Part shown: positions 39,630 through 50,549 of the stretch, in pieces
Numbering within the stretch: the first letter of the stretch is position 1
Layout of the letters: each line of letters opens with the position of its first letter
Assembly: GCA_965649765.1 (NCBI GenBank)
Contig: OZ287750.1
Coordinates: 98,332,001 to 98,396,000 of the forward strand
From: Bispira polyomma
Taxonomy: Eukaryota
DNA: 64,000 bases
Direction: 5' to 3'
Position numbers and translations under genes: made by a program
Notes under the pieces: model-generated
The model's input: only the letters and a program-made list of their open reading frames with translations
Database searches by the model: none
Told to the model about the DNA's origin: nothing

Positions 39630-42600
39630 AGAGAGAGAGAGAGAAATTTTTTATTTTAGTGCCACCTGCACTCGAATATAAATATACATTTTTAACAGGT
39701 CATAATTATGGCAGCCAGCCCAGCATACATGGGCTTATGAGGCACTTTTTTATGTATATTACAATTACTGTCATGAGATATAAATAATATATATACTATA
39801 TACAGTAGTTACACATATCAATATATACAAATATTACATAAAGTATAAAACATGTGGTACATAGGTATATCATATAAACAGTAGTCCAAGGCTAATTAAA
39901 TATTAGAGATTTACGTTTATCATATATAGTTACCAAATAATTACAAAAATGGGTTATATTTTCTTTTTGCATCAGCAATTTTAACTTTTCTGGGTAACTT
40001 AAAACATCAAAATCAGGGTATTTACTTTTAACATAGTTTATGAATTTACTCCGCTCATCATAAAAAGCTACACAGTTTAAAGAGAAGTGAATTTCGTCCT
40101 CTATATGTTCATTGCAGAGTTTGCATATTCTTTGTTCAAGTTGAACTTGATTCCAACGGCCAATTCCAATTTGTAGAGGTAGTACTCCACTTCTAAATTT
40201 AGATACTATTGCCCTATGTTTTCTGTTTTTGATTCTATAAACATAAGGTTCCAATTTTGCTGTTTCTTTATATGTACAATATGTCCTTAGTTTAGGACTA
40301 TTTTTGACATTATTTGTCCATAAGTCTTTTTCTGTGTAGCTTATTTGAGATGTACACCAATATATATCAACAGGCAAATGGTTTCTGAATGCGGACTGAA
40401 GGTTTAGCTTTTCAAATATTTTTTTAACTTCATTACTCCAGGAGAGCTTGTTTTTAAAAATAAAATCCCACTGGAAGACGTTATACAACAGTCTTGATGT
40501 GTCTAACTTGCATAGTTTATTCCAGAATTAAAAAATTTGTAGTTTTCTCCGACACTTACTTGTTAACCAATCTAGATCACCAATTAATGCAACAGTTGGT
40601 GTAAATTTTGGGGCCCCCAGAAAAATCTCATTGCTTTGTTTTGGACGGATTCAATTTTAGGCACATCTTTGTATCCCCATGCTCCTGAGCCATAGTCCAG
40701 AATTGGAGCAACACACATGTCAAATAATTTTTTATAACTATTGTAACCTAATCCATTTAAACAGTTAAGTTTATTAATAATACTACCAAGAGCCCTATTT
40801 CCGGAATCTGCTAAAACTAGAGCCATTTTGCCAATGTCTACAAATTCATTAAAAATCATCCCTAAGTATTTGTATTCTGAGACTGTATCAAGGGCATCAC
40901 TTCCAAGTTTAAAACTAAATTTTGTTTGATTTTGTGATTGTTTTCTAAAATGTACTACTTGTACTTGGTCTATTACATTGAGCATCTTTTGTAAATCTCC
41001 TTCAGACTCTGCTAGAATTGCAATATCATCTGCGTAGAGAAGCACTGAGATACTTTTGTTATTGTCTAATGGTATTCCCAGACCTAGGTTATTTATTTCA
41101 TTAACGATATCATTTATAAATATGTTAAAAAGAGTTGGAGATAAAGTATCACCTTGGCGTACTCCTAGTTTGTTGGAAAATGTCTTTGTTAAACTACCAT
41201 TTATATTAATACAACATAGGCAGGACTCGTAAATACATTTGATTAACCTGTAAGTTTTTCCATTTATTCCCACCTTGAGTAGTTTATAAAGCATAAATGT
41301 TCGATTTACCTTATCAAAAGCTTTTTCAGCATCTATAAAGGCCACATATGTTGATTGATTTTTTGCTTTGCGGTTTTTAATATATTTAAGAGTATAAAGA
41401 CATGGTCTTCACAGCTACGATTTGGTCTAAATCCGTTTTGTTCATCTGCTAGGACATCGTTTTGTTCAGGGTAGTCAGATATTCTTTTATTTAAAGTAGT
41501 GGTGAATAGCTTATAGACAGTCGATAACAGACTAATTCCTCTATATTGGGTGGGAATTCTGGGATCTTCTGTTGAATTCTTTGGTAATGGTTTAATTATA
41601 GCTAATCTCCAGTTTGAGGGAATAATGCCAGAGTTATAAATTAAATTAAAGAGTTCTGTGAGCAATCGGACTGAGTTTTCATTTTTAAACACTTCATAAG
41701 GGAGATTTTCTAAACCAGTAGCCTTGCCGTTTTTTACTTTACTTAAGGCTTTTTGAATTTCTCTTTGGGATAGAGTCATGCTTAAATCATTATCAGTATT
41801 ATAGGACAAGTTTGATTCAAGGACTTTTAGTTCATCTGTAATGGCTTCATTGAATTTTGTTAACTTGACACTACCTTCATTACTATTGTACAGGTTTTCA
41901 AATTCATCAGCCCATATTTTAGAAACTAAATCTGGATCATTACTAATGTATTTTTCCCCATTTTCGTCAACCCCATATACTTCCATCGGGATTCTATCTG
42001 ACTTGCGTTGTGGCCCTAGTGACTTTATATGTTTCCAAAAATCTCTGGGATTTTTGTAGTTGGCTGTTTCAATTGAATCTTGTTTTTGCCTGTTGTATTT
42101 TCTTTTTTCTCGTTTGTAAAACTTATCAAAGTGATTACAACAGGTTTTATATAGGTTCAGTTTAACCCTTCTTAGGTTAGACGATTGGGGACATTTCAAG
42201 TATTCATTTTCACTAGTTAAGACAGCTTTCCACAGTGTTTCTAACTCTGAATTCCAGAAAGATTTTGGTTTAAACTTTCTCCTTTTGTTAGCTTGCTTAT
42301 TGATATTTATCTTTTTTAACATAACCTTCATTTCATCACAATAAATATTGCAGAAACTTTCATATAATTTATCAACAGAGCATTGCGTGATTTCTGTGTT
42401 TAAGAAACAAGATATTAGGTCACCCATAGCACTTTTAGCCATATCACTACTCAAAAAGTTACAAGGTATATCTTTTGTATAGTACTTGGGCTTTGATTCC
42501 TGACAATTTAGGTCTAGAGGTGTAACATTTTGCTTACTAGTTTGCTTATCTATAACAATATGGGGTACATATTGCAGCTCAAGTATCGAGTGGTCTGGTA

Positions 42601-42870
42601 TTTTGTCGGTTTTTATATTTAACTTGTTAAGTAAATTTGTTACAGAATGAACTTTGAATACAAAACAATTTTTAACTTCATCATGTGGAATACAAAAATA
42701 ATCTATGACAGAGCTACCCTTTTTGGATATAGATGTAAAGTTGTTAAATTCAGGAGTAACTCTTCCGTTCGCTATGCAAAGTTTACTTTCTTTCAGGAAG
42801 TCAATAAATTCTTGAAAGTGACCACCGCGAAACTTGTCTATATTTTCTCTTTTTGTTACATTGTCTGCAA
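39630..42870 (-). mobile_element. Crack/Daphne-like (CR1/L2 group) LINE, 5'-truncated in the endonuclease, frameshifted ORF2
   Basis: ORFs 41333-42913 (SVIDY, PDH, YRGISLLS, EQNGFR), 40584-41345 (KAFD, GVRQGDTLSP, LYADD) and 39892-40488 (KLRTY, RICKLC..EDEIHF..C). AATAAA plus (CT)n tail at ~39630-39656. CTGCA at both junctions. Confidence 0.9.
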
Positions 42871-44279
42871 GAATCAACAACATTGGTTGTTCCACTAAAT
42901 ACACAATTAACATGCTACCAACATCCAGAAATGTTATTCATCACCCCTCCCCCCCCCAAAAAAAAAAAAAACAACAACATATTGTTGAAGTGAATTTATC
43001 AAGCTTTATAAGACAGACTGCTAAAACTTGAAATTTTATACTTTGAAATCCATCAAGGCTTTAATTGATTTTAATTTGTACATTATTCATTTTATATGAT
43101 TATTCTCAAGTAAATATGGACACAACAGTAATGTGTGAAATATTTGGTAAATTTTAAAATAAATAAAACTAGTTTATAGTTGGGTTTTTACATTAATTGG
43201 TTATGCCTAATATTTTTAATTATCAATAAATAGTAGCCTTAGCAACGGAGTCCAATACAACTCGCATTTTAAACTTCAAACGTCAATGTTCCAAAACCAC
43301 TTGAACCGTGATATTTTACAAGCCTTTTATATACAATCAAGAAGCCATATTCTTAAACCAGACTGCCAACTTCACACAATTGTCACAATTGAAAGGTAAT
43401 AGTAGACTTTCTCAGTGCCTCATTATTAATCAGATGTAGAATACTGAAAGCTACTGTTATGCAGAAATTATTTTCTCTGTTTTTTTCAGTCACTTCTGCT
43501 CTGATAAGTCATTACTAATATAAATGTGCATGTGTTTGATACTGAACTGAAAAAAGTAATTAAAGTGGCATATAAGCCACATAGGGGTTATTTAATAATT
43601 ATATTAAAGTAATAATATTTGTTATTTTTAAGTAGTTAATGCGGCATATAAACCTACTACAGGGGTATTTCATATTGAAGTATCTGTATTTGTTATTTTG
43701 ATGTTACGTGGTATCTAAGTGCAATAGATTACTATTTAATATTTAAATCGAAGTAGATATATTTGTTATTTTAAAGTGATTCAAATGACGTATAATCCTG
43801 ATAGAGGCCCGGGTATTCTTTTGAATTTTTTTAAAATTGGTTACATATTGTAGTGTCATTAAAGACCCATGTCACTATAATATATAAATAAATAAAAGTT
43901 GTAGCTGCATCGTGCTTGTTTTGTTTGTTTATCTCTCTGCTTGTTTATAGGTTGGTGGTTCACACATTAGTTGCTGTGGTAGGGTGGTATTCTTTACCAA
44001 GGCCTAATTCTACACTAATAATCCAATCAAAGAATGTTGTAGCTGTTTCATTCTGTGTCACATGTGTCTTAAGGTTTAGGCCTTAAAGTAAATATTTTCT
44101 GGATAGGAAACTGTTTAAATTTTGATGAGCTCAGCTGTGTTAGCAACCAATTTGCCACTGGTGCAAATTGCCATATGAATAATACAAGTGTTCTCTGTCA
44201 GATTCTCACTTTAGAGAAAAGAATTTGCTGATATGGTGTATGCTGTAGTGGTCATCTTGTAAGATACTTTATTAATAGC

Positions 44280-44510
44280 TCCAAGTCGAGTAATGTATAA
44301 GACATATTTGCTTGTTTAGGATCCAATTTTGTATGAGACATAGGTGCTTCTCTAGGATCCATTTTATTGTAAGACATAGACACTTTCTCAGGAACCAATA
44401 GGTTATAAGACATATGTGCTTCTTTAGGATCCAATTTATTATAAGACATAGGTGCTTCTTTAGGATCCAATTTATTATAAGACATAGGTGCTTCTTCAGG
44501 ATCCAATTTG
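44280..44510 (-). repeat. 36-bp minisatellite, ~6.5 copies
   Basis: Unit TTGGATCCTAAAGAAGCACCTATGTCTTATAATAAA; translates open as (LDPKEAPMSYNK)n. Confidence 0.85.
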
Positions 44511-45040
44511 TTAGAAATATTGTTCAGAAAAAAAATGGTATCATTGTCACCTGAAATATTAGTACATGTAACTTTCTTAATGTCACTTTTTATATCTATA
44601 TTTTTTTTAGGTGCCTTGTTTGGATAATAAAAAGGTGGAGTGGCATTTGATCTCAGTGCCTCCCCAAAGTGTGGATTTATGAATTAATATATAAATAAAA
44701 CACCATTCTTTGGGCATATTAGTTTAATTCACTAAAGTTAGATCTACAGATTATGTACAAATTGTAATATCATTAACTAAAAGATTAAGTCCACCTTAAA
44801 TTAATGTTGAAGTTAAGAGCATGAGTTTAAGTCCATGCCTGAGTTTAAGATGTTGACTTAACTTCATTTAAGATTACATTAAATTTAAGTTACGTATAGT
44901 TACTAATCTTATTACTTCATTTAAGATTACATTACAGTTTAAGTTACATAAAGTTAAGGTGGCCTTAAGTATTGACTAATATATAGTGTATATAAATGCC
45001 ATTTGAGTTTATTGTCTGAACTAAAAACACCAAACCCCAA

Positions 45041-46026
45041 CTAGTAGGTAGAAGAGGAAGGTTGATGTAGTGAATTTTGAAAGGCCAACGCCACCTGGTC
45101 AGAGGAGTCATGGTCTTGTGTAATGTAGCGCCAGACGCATTCTGAGGTCCAAGTGCCATGACGTTGAATATTTTGAATGGAAACATTGTTGTTAAAGGCC
45201 CACATGGCTCCAGAACGTCTAAAAGAATGAAAAGTGATGTTAGAATTTTGCAAAACAAGATCTTTAAGAATGATAGCGAAGTTAAGCCTGACTTTAGTGT
45301 CAGTCATAGGGAGCCACGTGGCCAAGCTTTTACATTGAAACAGAGGCGAGTTTTTTTGACCAGGAGCGATGGCAAGCATATTGGAAATGGCAGCCACTGG
45401 ACACAGTGGGGAACCCCCAAGTGAGGGTATTTTTAAAAGTCTAAGTGTATCCCTGCTCTGTAATGTCTTACTCCATTTAATCAATACTTGAAGACCAGGA
45501 GGTGCAAATATGGCTAGGTGTTGTAGGGGTGAGTAAGTCGAGTTAGAGTGGGGAACCAAATTTGATATTCTCAAGAATGAGAAAAATGCAAAGAGGTAGA
45601 TGGCCTTGTAGACCTGACCCATGTACATAAAGTCACATTTTTTGATGATTTGGATCAGCAGAGGAATGTCAATGATGGATTTAAGTTGTACTTTAAAGGG
45701 TTTATGCAATGCAATTGCCTTTTGGAAATACTTTATTCTAGGGTCCATGAAGGCTGAGGTGTCAAGGCCATATAGGGCCAACCTTGCCTTGATTGCAGCC
45801 AAGTAATTTGCTATACCAGAGTGAGAGGTGTTGTTTTCAGCCAAAACCTCGAGGAAAGCTAAGAGAATAGTAGCCGTGATTGGTTGTATTGCAATATTTG
45901 CAAACACACAGTAAGCTAGGAAGTTTCTGAACATAAATTTATAAGATTTTTGAGTGGAGGGTCTGAAGGCTGTATGAGCCCTTCCAGCTGCTCTGCCAGC
46001 TGCCTTTGCCAGCCAGGAGTTTGTAC
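45041..46026 (-). CDS. Tyrosine recombinase (predicted spliced exon; ORF has no N-terminal ATG)
   Basis: Catalytic set FLRISNL, WSKT, HSFRRSGA, HGTW, VWRYI. Preceded by TTCTTTAG|GT. Has a small deletion (QHLA--IF) relative to copy 3. Confidence 0.85.
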
Positions 46027-47924
46027 CTAAAGAATACAATCAAATATTCCAGTCAAGATGGGTGGCTTCCACCCCTACAGGTAACCATATTGGTTCTACT
46101 ATAAATTTCCTTAATCTGTTTGAAGGTTCGCTGGTTATTGCCCATCTAGATAGCAAGTCTGCTACCTCATTATTTTTACCTAAGACATGTACTACTCGTA
46201 GGTCAATATCTGCCCTGACAGTTTCCATCTGGATGTTTCGAGCCATGGCTGCCAGAGTAAGATCCCTAGTTTTGCCATTGGTAAGTACCGAGACTACTGC
46301 CTGATTGTCGCACAATACCACAATTTTATTTCCTGCCCAATGGCAACCCCATAACCGGATAGCCACGAGAATATTGATCATCTCCAAGTGAACAATAGAG
46401 TAATTTTGAAAGCGTAGAGGAAGTTGAAGTGTGTACACCTGATTACCCCATCGCCCACCCAGACCTTGCAAGCATGCATCTAGCTCTATACCCATTTTGG
46501 GGATTCTATGGTCGAAGAAAGCAACACCATTGAATTGTGAAATGAATTTACTGAACCATGCAAGGTCTTGTTTCAATTCAGTTGTTAATTGTATGGACCT
46601 GTCATCATGTGCCGAGCGAAGTACATCAAGCATTCTGTTTAGAAAAAAGCGTGAAACTTTAACACACTTGGATACATATAATAGGCTGCCTAGTAACGAT
46701 TAGAGATCTCGTTTTGAACAGTGTGTTTTTTTATGCCACTTTAGGCATACATTCTCGACATCATTGAGTTTTTCCGGTGGAATTGAGACAGTGAAATTTT
46801 CTGTGTTTATTAGTACACCCAGACATGTAACACTAGTAGCTGGGCTAATGAGTTTTTTCTGGCTAATTGCAAAACCCAAATCTACTAAAAGTTTATGGAG
46901 CATTTTAAAAGACTTTTCTGCCGTACTGGGCATACCGTACCCTATGACATCATCAATGTAATTCGTGACTTTAAAGCCCTTTTTAGACATAATGAAGCGG
47001 ACAGCGTCACTTAGGCATTGGAATATTGCACTTCCGTGCCTGAACCCAAAGGGCAGGCACGTGTCCACATAATAGTGGTCGAGTTTTTAACCTAAAAGGT
47101 CATAGTCTTTAGGATCCATTTTGACGTGCCGGAATGCCCGGCTGACATCAATTTTGTACAAAAGGGAGCCTTTGCCTAAGCATCTAACTTTATTTGTGAC
47201 ATCATCTATAGTAGGTAAGCATGAAGGGGGTGCCTAGGTAGCTATTTCTTAGAACCCCTGCATTGACAGATTCACCTAAAGGAAAGCTGAGATCAATTAT
47301 GACTCTTCTATGTGCACCCCCAGGCTTCTCCCTGGTCATGAAGGGTGATATATGTAAGTTTTTTATTGGAGGTTTCTTAAATGGACCTAGTATAGCTTTG
47401 AACTGCTTTTCTTCTTCTAAATATGCTTCAACATCTTTAGTGTAAAATTTTGCAGAATTGTGATTTGTATCCTTATGAGATAGCATATTTGATCTATCAA
47501 AGTCAACTGGAAAGCCATAGCGTATTAGGAAGGGGAGTTGTTTATCCCAATAGTCACCTAACAATTCTGCCCATTTGTCTGGTTTTAATGCAGATTCTAT
47601 TTGTATCTGAGAGCCACAAAAGTTATGCTGTTTATCAGCTGTTATGATCGCATGCAGTTTGCACATAGATGCACTACTTTTATTTTTCCTGTCTCGTGTT
47701 GGTAGTTTTAAATCCCCTAGGGGAACAAACCCAAATTTGTCAGTGCTTTGGTCATACCATTCCCTGAAGGTGGCATTATCTACTGCTGTACGCATAAGAT
47801 CCTTGTGCTTTGGCTTCACCTGTAATTGAAACTCATATTTATCCTCAGTGTTTATATTACTGTTGCTATCCCCTTTTAAGTTAAGTTCATCCCGTCCCAT
47901 GAGTTTAACTTTGGTTTTAGCAGT

Positions 47925-48380
47925 GTAAATAACCTGATTTTTTGAGTCATCCATTTGTTTTGTATTAGTCATGTTATGACCCCTATGGGGTTCCGCAGTG
48001 GGATCATTTACTATTTCCCCTTGGTTACCTATCATTATGGTTTCTTCATATTGAAATTGTTCTAGGGGGGGAAACCTGTTGTGTTGGTTCTTGAGTTACC
48101 CGTTTGTTTTGTATTAGTCATGTTGTGACCCTTATGGGGTTCCGCAGTGGGATCATCTAATGTTTCCCCTTGGTTACCCATCACTATGGTTTCTTTACAC
48201 TGAAATTGTTCTTGGGGCACAAACCTGTTATGTTGGTTCTTTGAGTTATCTGTTCGTTTTGGATTAGTCATGTTGTGACCCTTATGGGGTTCCACAGTGG
48301 GATAATTTACTATTTCCCCTTGGTTACCCATCACTATGGTTTCTTCACACTGAAATTGTTCTAGGGGGAAAAACCTGTTG
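47925..48380 (-). repeat. Three-copy 150-bp (50-aa) tandem repeat in the pol N-terminal linker
   Basis: AAACCTGTT anchors at 48371, 48221 and 48072; unit HNRFFPLEQFQCEETIVMGNQGE..SKNQ. Confidence 0.9.
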
Positions 48381-48903
48381 TGTGTGCCACTTAAAGTATC
48401 ATTATTAATTTGTTCACCCCGAGCTGAGTGTTTTTTGACACCACCTTTCTGGGGAGGGGGGGAAATAACCACCTTATTGTTGCCTTTTACCCATTTGGGA
48501 ACAATTGGGCCAGCATTCACCCTTGTTGGTGGGTGACATTTCCTGACATTCCCTGTAAACATACATTGGTTAGTGTTTTTATACAATTTCTGTTTTACAT
48601 TTCCTGTAAACATGCATTTGTTAGTGTTTTCGGACCATTTGCTTTTTACATGAACATTATTTGACATTTCGTGAAAGCACGAGCTGATTTTGGGGACTGT
48701 TTCCACTTTTTCGTTTTTGTTACTGATTTCCTTTTTATTCCCTTCCTGTACCACTTGTGCATAAGATATTTGATTTACTTTCTTCCAGTCGTGTCTCCAA
48801 TTCATGCTCGCCCTTTCACACATTTCACTATTTACACATATTCTAGTACTAAATTTCTTTACCTCCAACACTTCATCATATTTGATTTTTTCTGATCTTT
48901 TGT

Positions 48904-48937
48904 GCACTGCCCCTTGGCAGTGCCCTAATCGTTTTTT
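48904..48937 (-). promoter_or_regulatory. -1 programmed ribosomal frameshift signal (gag to pol)
   Basis: A AAA AAC (48937-48931) in the gag frame, 7-nt spacer, hairpin GCACTGCC-AAGG-GGCAGTGC. The -1 frame is that of ORF 48062-48907. Confidence 0.8.
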
Positions 48938-49920
48938 GAATTTGAGTTTTGGTTTGAAGTTTTCTTACAGTTTTTTGCCGGATGTTTGTGCTGTTTGCCA
49001 TAACCAGCACATGTCGCACACACATCAGAATACAATTGACCCCCTGATTCATGGTCTGACTTGTGAGAGCATGAACCTTTTTGATAAAATCTACACGGGA
49101 TTGCCGTAGTTTTGTCTCTGCCAAATTTTTTAATTGAACTACCCCCCACAATTTGATAAGATACCTTTTGGGCATGTGCCCTTCTTATTCTTTCAATTTG
49201 GTTTGTGTCGCCCCATGTTACTTTGCCATCTTCCATTCTACACAAGAGGACAGCATGAGCTCCCTTGGCAGCAGCCCAAGAGAAGCCATGGCTGTCCTCC
49301 ATTATATCATTCAGGTAATCTAACATGTGATTTTTGATAGCCACATCAGATTCTTCGCGTATTATAATGCTAAATCCAGCTATCCACTGTGCCATTGAAA
49401 ACTGATCATAACTGACCCTACCTTTGTTGCTTCCCCCCAACACATAACTTTGAGGCCATGGAACCTGTCTCTTAACATAAACAGTTTCTGACCCCCCTCT
49501 TTGGGATTTGAACCTACCCGACTCGTTTAGCAGGGCCAGCTCCTTTAGTCTGTCATCTACCTGGTACTGGACTGTTTGTGAGCGTCTCAATACTGTCAGG
49601 GAAGGGATCACCAGGTCGTCCTCCGCAGTCGACTTTGATGTGGAAGCGGGTTTAGTAGTATCATACTGAGAGGCCGAAGCCCCTAACGTGTCACCATAGT
49701 TCACTTTTTGCTCTATTTTTGACATGTGTCCTCCCAATTCCTTCAATTCTTCTAAGATTTTCATATTCACTGATTTCACTGACGAGTGTTCACTTTCACT
49801 ATAAGAATTATTCATTTCATCCCTGGAATTGTCTAGAACATTGTGTACAAATTGACAGTTTTTCCCCACTGGTCTCTTGTGGTTTCCGGCACACTTAGAA
49901 CATTTATATGTTTTAGGCAC
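48925..49920 (-). CDS. Gag-like ORF1 (N-terminal CxxC..H..C finger, C-terminal Cys/His finger)
   Basis: 331-codon open frame starting GTG; copy 3 has ATG at the equivalent site. CSKC..H..C at the N-terminus; CRFYQKGSC..H..CATC..H..C at the C-terminus. Confidence 0.8.
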   Translation of the reverse strand: MPKTYKCSKCAGNHKRPVGKNCQFVHNVLDNSRDEMNNSYSESEHSSVKSVNMKILEELKELGGHMSKIEQKVNYGDTLGASASQYDTTKPASTSKSTAEDDLVIPSLTVLRRSQTVQYQVDDRLKELALLNESGRFKSQRGGSETVYVKRQVPWPQSYVLGGSNKGRVSYDQFSMAQWIAGFSIIIREESDVAIKNHMLDYLNDIMEDSHGFSWAAAKGAHAVLLCRMEDGKVTWGDTNQIERIRRAHAQKVSYQIVGGSSIKKFGRDKTTAIPCRFYQKGSCSHKSDHESGGQLYSDVCATCAGYGKQHKHPAKNCKKTSNQNSNSKND

Positions 49921-50549
49921 AGCGATTTATTACTTCTGTATTGTTTGTATAGTCTACTGAAAATAGAATAACCCGGTTTTGATACATGCACGCACGCTAG
50001 AGGTTTTCTATATATTATTTTGACTGGTTGTAAAATTTGATGTATAAAGGTATAGGTGTATAAATTAGATATATGTAAAATCATAAAACAAAAAAAATAA
50101 GAAGATAAAAGCACTTTCCTCTAACAAAGCTCTATGAGCAGTATGAGCATGACTCAAAACATTGAGTATTTTTTAAGTCTCCTTAAGTACAGGAACCAGC
50201 ACACCAGTCACCTCAAGATGATCCACGTTTACACTAAAATATCCAGTAAATGTAACTGACTCTAACATATGAAGACAGTCCAACACTGTAAATTCCTATT
50301 ATAAAACTTTTATATTTAAAAATGGCGTCTTGCCTTCTTGGTAAACAAATTTATAATGAGGATTATGTGAAAAGAGCGGGAATAGCTGGGGTTATGACCC
50401 CAGTGTAGCCAATTAGAGACTGAATAAGAATAGTTTTAGCAATATTTTGGCAGCACTGACCCTGCTGAGTCCCAGGCCTCACCATACACCCTGGGGACCA
50501 CCTATTTGGATTTTTTAAAAATTCTAAAAAGCCACAAACACTGTATAAC

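Larger units (their letters stand above)
35200..43500 (-). pseudogene. Decayed TLR-like paralog interrupted by L2 and Crack-like LINEs
   Basis: 35200-36130 and 36715-37000 align with the TM/TIR block at 21800-23480. LRR-like DTITDLN..EFSELNN (one frameshift) at ~39550-39600. Host sequence resumes at ~42870, matching ~51810. Confidence 0.45.
46040..48937 (-). pseudogene. pol (linker, RT, RNase H) of the Ngaro-like element, broken by frameshifts and stops
   Basis: RRVIIDLSFP, LPFGFRHGS, NYIDD, LDACLQGLG, HLEM, CDN, ADLLSRW. Breaks near 48075, 47205, 47088 and 46700. Confidence 0.88.
44650..50500 (-). mobile_element. Ngaro-like tyrosine-recombinase retrotransposon (copy 2), near full length, mildly decayed
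   Basis: Order is gag, then RT/RNase H with no methyltransferase domain, then YR. Termini are approximate; split direct repeats were not found. Confidence 0.9.

Noticed and set aside
42870-42913. N-terminus MLIVYLVEQPMLLIL of the 526-aa LINE ORF
   Set aside because: It is flanking host sequence paralogous to ~51810-51870, not part of the LINE.
44280-44510. CRISPR-like array (36-bp period)
   Set aside because: Contiguous degenerate tandem units with no unique spacers, in a eukaryotic context with no cas genes.
46037-46042. Stop-codon readthrough from pol into YR (same frame, single TGA)
   Set aside because: In copies 1 and 3 YR is in different frames relative to pol; only the splice-acceptor phase is conserved.
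48876-49175. 99-aa ORF overlapping the gag 3' end as the pol start
   Set aside because: It is in the third frame and ends at 48876; the -1 frameshift frame is the one continuous with pol.
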